From positions 1,984,001-2,048,000 of the forward strand of contig NC_090404.1 of the NCBI RefSeq assembly GCF_036365525.1: a stretch of 64,000 nucleotides of DNA, written 5' to 3'. The DNA is from Heterodontus francisci. Taxonomy: Eukaryota. Position 1 is the stretch's first letter. Each line of letters begins with the position of its first letter. The notes below the pieces were generated by a model. The model made no database searches. It was not told the origin of the DNA and saw only the letters and a program-made list of their open reading frames with translations. Made by a program: the position numbers and the translations under genes. This document shows positions 49,655-61,100 of this stretch, piece by piece.

Positions 49655-51672
49655 TCACTGTGAGGAGGGAGTGGAAGTGCACCTGGCCCTCCACTCCCCC
49701 AGCAACCCATTGAGGAACACATTAAAACGGCGCCTCTCAACCAGTTTCACGTCCGCGCGCTTGCCCACTATCTTAAGGGCGGCACGGACAGACTGGATGA
49801 TCAGCGCCAGATTCGACCAACGGTCGAGGGCCAGCTGAACTTTATTGCGGCAACCTCTGCAAGCCGCGAGGAAATCCCGGAGTTCCGCCGTGGGGATGAG
49901 AGGAGATTCGGTGGGAGGCACGAGGGACTCCACCACCTCACTGGCGATGGAATCAAGATCATCCTCCGTGCCCCGCACCGAATCCCCATCCTCCTCCGGG
50001 TCGTCACCGCCAGCGGACGACACATCTACCACACACTGTGTGGCGGACGTCCCGGCCGCGCCAGCTGGTCCCGCCTCCGTCACGATCCCACCCCCAGGAT
50101 CGATGGCGGAGGAGTCCTCTCTGGGTTCTATTGTGAAACAGGACCCCCCTCCACCTCCGTCCCCAGGCCAATGAGTGGTCCAGGGGAGACAGAAGTTCCG
50201 GACTCCGGGAAACCAGCCAGAGCCGAGACTGGAGGTGGCGAGAGGAGGCCATCTCCTGCTCCGCCAGCACCCACAGGCCCAGCAGATGGGGCAGCATTCT
50301 CAGTTATAACTGGGTCGGGGGTCTCCTGGTTGGTGGTGGACTCCGGCTGGGAGGCCCGACCCTCTGGGGCCTCGCCCTCCCCTTCATTCAGGACACCCGA
50401 CCCAGTAGCAGTGGCAGAATGGGCGGCTTCCCCAGGCTCCCCCACCACAAGCAGGGCCCCACTTACTCCTTCAGGAGGGGCCTCATGTACCGGGGCCATC
50501 CCCTCCCCTCTGTCCTGAGGAATAGGGAGCACCTGCCCTGACTTTGCAGCCTTGGTGGTGGCGGTAGGGGAAACCTGGGGACCTGAAACAGGAGACAGCT
50601 CCCCTCCAACAGATGGGCCCTGCGCCTCAGGGCCCCTTGTTACCTCTGTGGAGGGGTGCCTTCTCTTTTTCCCAGTTGTGTGCGGAGGCTCAGAGACCTC
50701 CATATCATCAGAGGCCTCCACCTCCACACTCTCCTTTTTTTAATTCATCCTGGGCCTGAGCCCAGCCCTGGGGCAAGTTGACTTCCCGAGATTGGGCCTT
50801 GGGCTGAGCTCAGGCTCGGGTAGTGTCACGATATCCAGGGGACGCGCCTCTCGATGTTTATTTCTCCTCCGCGCCTTCCTTCCACTTGGACGGTCACCCC
50901 CCTCCCTGCCGGAGGCCGTGAAAACCACAGCCTCCGGTACCGACTGAATGGTATCTGGTGGTGGTGTAGTGGTGGTGGGAGGAGGTGCAGCGTCGCCACC
51001 CTGGGCCGCTGAGTTGGAGTTGGAGTTGGCAGCCGGGAGGTTGGGGCAGTTCTTACGAACATGCCCCACCCCCTTACAGACATGGCACCGCACCCCGTCC
51101 AAGGTCCAGAAGACGCGGTAGGCCGTCCCCTGGAATTCTGCATTGAAGTGGCCCTCTGTCACCTCCTCCCGCGCCAGCTGCATGAATAACTGGCGGCGGA
51201 AGGAGTACACGTGTCGGAGGCTGTTCTCCCGAAGACCGAGCGGGACTGGGGTGAGCCCCGTCTTTACCTCCCCCAGATGGTGCAGGTGGGGAAGGAGGAG
51301 CTCACCAGGGATGAAGGGCGGGACATTGGATAAAAGGAGCCTTTGCGCAGTGGCCTCCAGGGGGTCCACTGGCAGAAAGGTCCCGCCCACGGTGAGCCCC
51401 TTGCTCAGAGCCAGGGACACCGCCTGCTCGGTCTTCAGGAAAAACACTGCCTTCCCGTACATTTTAGAGGCTGCAACAATGGCCGAAGGGCCGACAACCC
51501 CGGCCATTGCTTTCACGCATGCCTCTATAGTCATGTTCGGGTGGACGTAGCTCTTGACCCCATGCTTCGTTGTTAATAAAGCAAACGGTGACGGGGCAAC
51601 AGGTGCAGCTGCAGCAGCCGCAGCAGCATATGAACGGGAAGGCCCCGCCACCGGCGAAGAGGGGCTTGCCAT
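49655..51672 (-). pseudogene. Tx1-type ORF1 (gag-like CCHC zinc knuckle), split by two frameshifts
   Basis: MASPSS..SAIVAASKMYGKAVFFL..LSNVPPFI..CHVCKGVGHVRKNC. Continues in ORFs 50128-50727 and 49655-50083; the first shift falls in an A8 run. Confidence 0.85.
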
Positions 51673-52863
51673 GGGCTCCAAGAGCTACGTCCACTCCCAA
51701 GAAACAAAACAAATTTACACAATTTTAAAAAAAAGCAAACTTTAAACAAGTTGGAGTGGGAGTAGAGGAGGATGGCGTAGGATGGTAAAGGAAAAGGGGA
51801 GGATAGGTGACTGAGGCGACTGAGTGGAGGAAGGGAGAGAAAGGCTGAAAAGGATGTTTGTTCCAACTGCCAGTTGGAGCACCTTTATCACAATTAGTCC
51901 AAACTTGTTTGTTGTCTTCCAGTTGGGGGAGGCTTCTTCGCCCGGGACGGCTGGAGCCGCCCGGTACTCTCCTCTTCTGATTTTAACAAGACAGTCTTCA
52001 CCCGGGCAACTCCAGCTGTCCCGAGCAGGCAGTTGGGGTGGGGAGGGAGCTCCCTGTGTGCAAACACCAATACAAACACAGGGGCCCCTACTGGATTTGG
52101 CTGCCCCACCCCTGAGTCTTCAGGCCTCTTCTCCCTCCCCCAAACAGTTTAAACTTAATAGTCTTTCAGGTGCCCTGACACCCACCTCTCCAGAAAAATT
52201 GCAGCCTTCCTTGATGGTTTCCCTCCACTCTGTATTCACCTTTCTCCAGTCCCTCTCCCCAGTTGGTGCAGTCTCCACTCTGTATTCACCTTTCTCCAGT
52301 CTCTCTCTCCAGTTGCTGCAGTTTCCAGTCTCCACTCTCCTCTCCCCAGTTGCTGCAGTCTCCACTCTCCACTCTGCAATTGCTGCAACACAGGTGCAGC
52401 TGCTCCCCCTGATTGCTGGCAGGAAGTGCTCCAAATTGACCAGCCAATCCCAGTGCTGTACCTGTCCTGGGAGTGTTTGATGGGGACTGTGTGGAGGGAG
52501 CTTTACTCTGTATCTAACCCCATTTTTTTTTTGATGGGGACAGTGTCGAGGGAGATTTACTGTGTATCTAACCCCATTTTTTTCTTTTTTTCCCCTTTTT
52601 TTATTTCCTGTAACCCATTTTTATTTGGGACAATGTAAAAGGAGCTTGACTCTGTGTCTCACCCCATGCTGTACCTGTCTTGGGAGTGTTTGATGGGGAC
52701 AGTGTAGAGGGAACTTTCCTCCTAATCTCACCTATGTTGTTCTTGTCCTGGGAGTGTTTGACAGGACAGGGTAGATTGAGATTTACTGATTTACTGTCTC
52801 TCTTGCCTGTACTGTCACTATCCTGCAGTGTTTGATGGGACAGTGCAGAGGGAGCTTTACTCT

Positions 52864-52913
52864 GCTTCTCGGCCTTTTGGCTAAGATCAAGTGTAGTATC
52901 TGTTCTTATCAGT
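52864..52913 (+). ncRNA. RNU2: U2 snRNA 5' fragment (nt 4-53), non-functional, fused to the 5' end of the Keno-like LINE
   Basis: Exact match to vertebrate U2: GCTTCTCGGCCTTTTGGCTAAGATCAAGTGTAGTATCTGTTCTTATCAGT, including the branch-pairing GTAGTA. No Sm site or 3' half. Confidence 0.95.
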
Positions 52914-55900
52914 GCTTATTTGATTGAGAAGAGACCATGATCATTGCCTTTTGATCCTGGGGAAGCTTTGAGTAAAATGGCTATAACCAATCTTCGAGCT
53001 TCGGGCCAGGGAGTGCGCAACACCGTTCAGGTGGTCATGAAGGACAAGGAAGGAGATGCATCGGTTGATCGCACCTTCTTCATCAAGAAAATTCTCTTTG
53101 ATTGCTGTGGATTTCAAGCTACAGACATCTTCTGCCTGCAGGATTTCCCCAGCAGTGGACACTTCGACGTGACGTTCCAGAACGTGGCGGAATGCATCAA
53201 GTTCCTGAAGGCGTTCAAGGAGAAAGGGGACCGGGCGCCACTGTCGATCCTCACAGCGGAGCCGCTCTTCACGCTTCCGTCACAATGGGACCGGGTGGTG
53301 ACGATTCACCTCTACAACCCCCATGTTCCTGTGGTGGATGTACTCACCTTTCTCACCAGGTACGTCGAGGTGGCCGGCAGCAGCACTGATGTCAAGGACC
53401 CCTTTGGGATTTGGACCAGCAAGCGGCAGGTCAAGGTGACCTTGAAGGTCGATCCCAGTGGAGCCATCATCCACTCTCCCTCCAGCTTTGCTATCGGGGG
53501 AAGTCGAGGCTTCTTGGTCTACGCTGGGCAGCCCAGAGTTTGCCGCACCTGTGGCAAATCTGGTCACGTGGCGGCCAACTGCAGCACGGTTGTTTGCAAG
53601 AACTGCAAGGAGGAAGGCCATCAGACCAAGGAGTGTAAGCAGGCTAAGTGTTGTAACTTGTGCGGTGCGGCAGGCCATCTCTACAAAACCTGCCCCAAAC
53701 GCTGCCTCAGTTATGCTCAGGCGGCAAGGTCCAAGGAAAAGCTGGGAGAAGATACGACGAAGGCGTCCGGTGTTCGAAAGGAGACCAGCAACCTTCACCG
53801 CAGTGAGGAACATCAACCTGAGAAGGAGAAGGAAGGGGAGGCAGCTGAAACCAGCGACCCAGCACCTACCCAGAGCCCGGAAACCCCTCCTCCACAGACA
53901 GAATCAATGGAGGATGAGGCAGCAGATGGACAAACAGGTCAGTGGCAAGTGGTCCAGAGGAAAACCACAAAGAAAAAACATCCAAAAGAGGAACAGGCCA
54001 CCAGCCAAACCAGTGGCAAGAGGAGGCTACCTTCTGAATCAGACTGCAACAACTCCTCTTCACTGGACGGGGGAATGCTGGAACGACAGCCCCTTCAAAA
54101 GAGGTGGCAGAGCTCCAAGGAGATGGAAGATAAAGCATCCCAGCCCCCGGGCACTGGAAGCTGTGATGGGCCCGTCGTGCCCCAAACCCAAAGCGCCACA
54201 TGTAACGACGTGGCCAACGCTTCTCAGCTCCGGGACACCGAGAGCAAAGACATGTCTGGCGCACCTCAGCTCCTGGAGGCCGGGAGCAGTGATGTTTTCG
54301 AGGAGGAACAGATGGAAGCAGCAGAGGATAACCCAACCTTTGCTGCCTACAAGACCCCCCCACGATGTCACCCCAGCGGAAAAACCCCTGCATGAAAAAC
54401 CAGGAGGGGTTTCTGAGCCCAACCAATGTGAAACTGCTCGCGCACACGATGGGTATGCAGGAACATCCCAAAGGACTGGGACTAGCAAGGACAAATGGTA
54501 TGGGAAGCAACAACTAATTTTAAAAAAATGGGTGTAAGAATTGCTTCCATTAATGTGCGTAGCATTAAATCCACTACACGATGTGTTTCAACCTTGGATT
54601 ACCTCGCCAAGGTCAAAGGTGACCTACTGTTTCTGCAGGAGTGTGGAATACCACACCTTAGCACCTACAGGCAGTGGTCACGATGGTGGTCCCACGGACC
54701 ATCGATCTGGTCGGGGGGTAATGATTGCCGTTCCTCCGGCCTGGGTATTCTGCTGCGGGGAGGTAACTTCACCATCTCCGAAGTTAAGGAGGTGGTGGGC
54801 GGTCACCTCCTCGTAGCAGACGTGATGTACAACAACACTCCGCTCCGGTTGATCAACTTGTATGCCCCGGTACAACACAGCGAGCGGCTGACCGTCTTCC
54901 AGCAGCTCCCACTGCTGCTGGCGACGTCCAGGCCGGTCATCCAAGGCGGTGACTTCAACTGCATCATCGATGCGGCTGGACGATCCGGCAGTGACGACAG
55001 CAAACTGGACGCTACATCCAGATTCCTAATAGAAACAGTTAAAGATGCCAAACTGCACGACGTCTGCAGACGGAGCGCAGCGCAGATACACATGGTCAAG
55101 ATCGGACGGGTCTGCCCGTTCCAGGATTGACTTCCTGTTTGTGTCCCGTGCTGTCACGGTCGGATCCACCGACATCAAGCCGGTGTTCTCCGACCACTGC
55201 CTCTTACTGGCCGACTGTCACTTACAGGACGACCAGCGGGTTGGCAGAGGGACATGGAAGCTCAATGCTCCACAGCTGACCCCAGAGAATGTTGAGGAAC
55301 TCAAAAGGGATTACAAAGGTTGGAGGACCGTGCAACCCCTCTTTGAGTCTCCAGTTCACTGGTGGGAAGCGATCAAGGAGAACATCAAGAGGTTCTTCAT
55401 CCACAAAGGTGTTCAGAGGGCGAGAGAGAGACAGAGGGAAATGTCCCGACTCCAGAAAAGTATGCAAAATCTGCTCCGGTTGCAGTCAATGGGGGTCGAG
55501 GTCAAGGAGGACCTCCAAGAGGTGAAGAGCCAGCAGGCCTCGCTCTTTGCCAAGGAGGCCTCCAAGATCATCTTCCGGTCCAGAGTCCGCTCCATCGAGC
55601 AGGATGAGACGTGCTCGCGTTACTTCTTCCAAAAGGTACACAGAGAGAGCTGTTATCAGCAGCCTGAAGGAAGAAGATGGCTCGGTAACGTCTTCGCAGT
55701 CCGACATACTAAGGATCAGCAAATCCTTTTATGCTGGGCTGTATGACGCGAAGCCCAAAGACAGCAGAGCCTCCCAGTCCTTCCTGTCATCTATCACAGA
55801 GGTCTTAGATGACAGCAGGAGGGAGAGACTGGACAAGCCGCTAACTCTGGACGAGCTGACAAAGGCCGTCGAGTCCTTCGAGACGAGTAAAACTCCTGGA

Positions 55901-57057
55901 AGCGACGGCTTACCGGTCGAGTTGTACTCGGCCCTGTGGGACTGGGTCGGCCCGGACCTGCTGGAAGTATAGGAGAGTATGCTCCTGGCCGGCAGCATGT
56001 CAGAATCCATGAGGAAAGGCATCATCACCCTCATTTACAAGTGGAAGGGGGAGAGGGCAGAAATCAGAAATTGGCGGCCCATCTCACTGCTTAATATTGA
56101 CTACAAAATTCTGTCCAAAGTCATAGCCAGTCGAGTCAAGTCTGCTCTGGAGTTGGTGATTCACCCTGACCAGACTTGTACTGTACCCGGCAGGAAGATC
56201 TCTGATAGTCTCGCGCTACTCAGGGATACGATCGCCTACGTACGGGACAGGAGGGTGGACACCTGCCTCATCAGCCTGGACCAGGAGAAGGCTTTTGACA
56301 GGATATCGCACACCTACATGATGGACGTGCTTTCCAAAGTGGGGTTTGGGGAGGGAATCTGCAATTGGATCCAACTGCTCTACACAAACATCAGTAGCGC
56401 AGTCTCAATCAATGGGTGGGAATCGGAAAGTTTCCCGATTCAATCTGGAGTCAGACAGGGCTGTCCTCTCTCCCCAGTCTTGTTTGTTTGATGTATTGAA
56501 CCCTTTGCTGAGTCTATTAGGAAGGATGCGAGCGTAAGAGGGGTGACAATCCCAGGCAGCGGAGGCACTCAGGTTAAAACCTCCCTGTACATGGATGACG
56601 TCGCCGTCTTCTGCTCGGATCCGCTGTCCGTGCGCAGACTGATGAGCATCTGCGACCAGTTCGAACTGGCCTCGGGAGCCAAAGTTAACCACGGCAAGAG
56701 CGAGGCCATGTTCTTTGGGAACTGGGCTGACCGATCCTTTGTCCCCTTCACCGTCAGGTCAGACTACCTGAAGGTGCTGGGGATATGGTTCGGAAGGGCC
56801 GGGGCATGCACCAAAACCTGGGAGGAGCGAGTAGCCAAGGTACGACAAAAGTTGGGCATGTGGGGGCAGCGATCTCTCTCCATTGTGGGTAAGAACCTGG
56901 TCATCAGGTGCGAGGCGCTCACGTTGTTGCTCTACGTGGCGCAGGTCTGGCCCATACCCCCGTCAGATCCTTCATGCATACCCGAAGTCTCGCCCTCTCC
57001 GCACAATGCCCCCGTGGTGGCTGTGGTGGGGAAGAGACGGTCGCCCACCTCCTCCTG
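52914..57057 (+). mobile_element. Keno-like (U2-associated) Tx1-clade LINE, 5'-complete and 3'-deleted
   Basis: ORF1 from ATG 52977 with three CX2CX4HX4C knuckles. ORF2 from ATG 54528 (IASINVR, FLQEC, GGDFNC, SDH, LDQEKAFD, YMDD) with frameshifts and stops. Internal deletion at about 56961. Confidence 0.92.
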
Positions 57058-57345
57058 ACATACCAACCTGACTTGGAACTATATCACCATTCCTTCACTG
57101 TTGCTGTGTCAAAATCCTGGAACTCCCTTCCTAACAGCACTGCAGATGTCCCTGTACCCCATAGAATACAGCAGTTCAAGAAGACGACTCACCACCACCT
57201 TCTTATGGACAATTAGTGATGGGCAACAAATGCAGGTGTTGCCATCAATGCTCACATGCTATGAAAAAAATTGGAACCTGTTGTGTATCTGTCCTGCCAG
57301 ATTTCATTGGGATATTGTAGAGGGAGCTTTGCTCTCTATCTAACC

Positions 57346-57553
57346 TTTTAATCTGAAGGTGGCCTTTATACTACAGGCCCCTGTTATGTATATTTGGTGA
57401 AGGGGCCTTTATTTCTCAGGCCCCCATGATACACAATTTATAAAAATAACTATATTTAAAAGTGGATCAATAAACAAAAACTCAAATTAAAATAGCATTC
57501 TCTGCATCAATGATGCACTCCAGACCCTGCGGTGCCCATCAGTTGCGGAAGGC
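57346..57553 (-). mobile_element. Short 3' fragment of a sister subfamily of the 45827-52452 Tx1 element, with a 10-bp TSD
   Basis: 57470-57555 aligns to 45875-45960 (ctcaaattaaaat..gatgcactccag.ccctgcggtgccca..gcggaaggcct). ctctatctaa at 57334-57343 and 57554-57563. Confidence 0.8.
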
Positions 57554-58184
57554 CTCTATCTAATGTGTGCTATGCCTGCCCTAGGAGTGTTCAAATGGGA
57601 CAGTCTAGTGGGATTACAGAGAAAGTGAACTGTTTACTTTATGTATCATGGAAAACTGGCATTCTGGTGTTCAAATTAATCCTGAATGAATGCTCCAGAA
57701 AGCCCTCGATGAGCAGCCCTCGTTTACTAGAAGCACAGTGTCTATTTGTTATTAATATTTAACAGATGTCCGAAACTCAGCGATAACATCAAGACTAGTT
57801 CCTTCTCATTACACTTCCTCTCAGAGATCACAGTCCAGTTTAATCTGAGCAGGGGGACCTCCCAGAGGAACAATGTTACTAAAAAGAATAAGCACGCTGC
57901 TTTAGATATGGAAATACAATTCTGATTTTGTTCTTTGCACCAACAAACAGGTTTATATTTACCGAAAGGGGACAGACTGGCAGAACTGAAACTAATGGGC
58001 AAAAGATCTCCAACATCAAGATTTCATCCTCACCTCAGAGCTGACTCAAACCCACAGTTAACGTTCAAAATCTCCTGTTAAACATGTACTGAGGAAGGTA
58101 TGGATAACAAATTGGGTTATTGTACAGAGAGATTTATCATCTCAATTTAACGGTGTTGGCCGGTTTTATCACAAAGATGGACTG

Positions 58185-61100
58185 GGGAAACTACATAAAC
58201 ACAGTTACAGTGTGGGACTGTTCACAGTGTGAGGGAACTGTACATAAACACAATTACACTGTTGGACTGTACATGGAGTGTGGGAACTGGACATAAACAC
58301 AGTTACAGTGTGGAACTGTACACAGAGTGAGGGAACTCTCCATAAACACAGTTACAGTGTGGGACTGTACACAAAGTGAGGGAACTCTACAAAAACACAG
58401 TTACAATGTGGAACTGTACACAGAGTGAGGGAACTCTACACAAACACAGTGACAGTGTGGGACTGTACACACAGTCAGGAAACTCTACATAAACACAGTT
58501 AGAGTGTGGGACTGTACACAAAGTGAGAGAATTTTACATAAACACAGTGACATTGTGGGAATGTACACAAAGTGAGGGAACTCTCCATAAACACAGTTAC
58601 ACTGTGCGACTTTACATAGAATGAGGCAACTAGACATAAACACAGTGACAGTGTGGGACTGTACAGAGAGTGAGAGAATTTTACATAAATACAGTGACAG
58701 TGTGAGACACTCCACAGAGTAAGGGAACTGGACAGAAACACAGTTACAGTGTGGGACTGTACACAGAGTGAGGGAACTGTACAGAAACACAGTGACAGTG
58801 TGGGACTGTACACAGAGTGAGGGAACTCTACATAAATACAGTAACAGTGTGAGACACTCCACAGAGTAAGGGAACTGTACATAAACACAGTGACAGTTTG
58901 GGACGGTACACAGAGTGAGGGAACTGTACAGAAACATAGTGACAGTGTGGGACTGTACACAGAGTGAGGGAACTCTACATAAACACAGTGACAGTTTGGG
59001 ACGGTACACAGAGTGAGGGAACTGTCCGGAAACACAGTGACAGTTTGGGACGGTACACAGAGTGAGGGAACTGTACAGAAACACAGTGACAGTTTGGGAC
59101 GGTACACAGAGTGAGGGAACTGTACAGAAACACAGTGACAGTGTGGGACTGTACACAGAGTGAGAGAATTTTACATAAATACAGTGACAGTGTGAGACAC
59201 TGCACAGAGTAAGGGATCTGTACAGAAACACAGTGACAGTGTGGGACTGTACACAGAGTGAGGGAACTCGACATAAACACAGTTACAGTGTGAGACACTC
59301 CACAGAGTAATTGAACTGTACAGAAATACAGTGACAGTGTGGGACTGTACACAGAGTGAGGAAACTCTACATAAACACAGTACAGTGTGGGACTGTACAC
59401 AGAGTAAGGGAACTGTGAAGAAACACAGTTACAGTGTGGGACTGTACACAGAGTGAGGGAACTCTACATAAACACAGTTACAGTGTGGGACTGTACACAG
59501 AGTAAGGGAACTGTACATAAACACAGTTACAGTGTGGGACTGTACACAGAGTGAGGGAACTCTACATAAACACGGTTACAGTGTGGGACTGTACACAGAG
59601 TGAGGGAACTCTACATAAACACAGTGACAGTGTGGGACTGTACACAGAGTGAGAGAATTTTACATAAATACAGTGACAGTGTGAGACACTCCACAGAGTA
59701 ATTGAACTGGACAGAAACACAGTGACAGTGTGGGACTGTGCACAGAGTGAGAGAATTTTACATAAATACAGTGACAGTGTGAGACACTCCACAGAGTAAG
59801 GGAACTGTACAGAAACACAGTGACAGGGTGGGAATGTACACAGAGTGAGGGAACTGTACATAAACACAGTTACAGTGTGGGACTGCACACAGAGTAAGGG
59901 AACTGTGCAGAATCACAGTTACAGTGTTGGACTGAACACTGTGTGAGGGAACTCTACATAAACACGGTTACATTGTGGGACTGTACACAGAGTAAGGGAA
60001 TTGTACAGAAACACAGTGACAGTGTGGGACTGTACACAGAGTGAGGGAATTTTACATAAATACAGTGACAGTGTGAGACACTCCACAGAGTAAGGGAACT
60101 GTACAGAAACACAGTGACAGTGTGGGACTGTGCACAGAGTGAGAGAATTTTACATAAATACAGTGACGGTGTGAGACACTCCACAGAGTAAGGGAACTGT
60201 ACAGAAACACAGTGACAGGGTGGGAATGTACACAGTGTGAGGGAACTGTACAGAAACACAGTTACAGTGTTGGACTGTACACTGAGTGAGGGAACTCTAC
60301 ATAAACACGGTTACAGTGTGGGACTGTACACAGAGTAAGGGAACTGCACAGAAACACAGTTACAGTGTGGGACTGTACACAGAGTGAGGGAACTCTACAT
60401 AAACACAGTGACAGTGTGGGACTGTACACAGAGTGAGAGAATCTTACATAAATACAGTGACAGTGTGAGACACTCCACAGAGTAAGGGAACTGTACAGAA
60501 ACACAGTGACAGTGTGGGAATGTACACAGAGTGAGGGAACTCTACATAAACACAGTTACAGTGTGGGACTGTACGCAGAGTGAGGGAACTCTACATAAAC
60601 ACAGTTACAGTGTGAGACACTCCACAGAGTAAGGGAACTGTACATAAACACAGTGACAGTTTGGGATGGTACACAGAGTGAGGGAACTGTACAGAAACAT
60701 AGTGACAGTGTGGGACTGTACACACAGTGAGGGAACTCTACATAAACACAGTTAGAGTGTGGGACGGTACACAGAGTGAGGGAACTGTCCGGAAACACAG
60801 TGACAGTTTGGGAGGGTACACAGAGTGAGGGAACTGTACAGAAACACAGTGACAGTTTGGGACGGTACACAGAGTGAGGGAACTGTACAGAAACACAGTG
60901 ACAGTGTGCGACTGTACACAGAGTGAGAGAATTTTACATAAATACAGTGACAGTGTGAGACACTGCACAGAGTAAGGGATCTGTACAGAAACACAGTGAC
61001 AGTGTGGGACTGTACACAGAGTGAGGGAGCTCTACATAAACACAGTTACAGTGTGAGACACTCCACAGAGTAATTGAACTGTACAGAAATACAGTGACAG

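Larger units (their letters stand above)
45827..52452 (-). mobile_element. Full-length Tx1-clade non-LTR retrotransposon
   Basis: 5' UTR of about 0.8 kb, frameshifted ORF1, ORF2 of 1243 aa, short 3' UTR and poly(A). CpG-rich, so probably young. Confidence 0.95.
45758..57610. repeat. Dispersed array of a ~69-bp repeat split by Tx1 insertions (units at 45758-45826, ~52454-52864, ~57280-57345, ~57554-57610)
   Basis: Unit tgctgtacctgtcctgggagtgtttgatggggacagtgtagagggagctttactctgtatctaacccca. Confidence 0.85.

Noticed and set aside
52864-52913. Functional U2 snRNA gene
   Set aside because: Only 50 nt; lacks the promoter, Sm site and 3' stem-loops.
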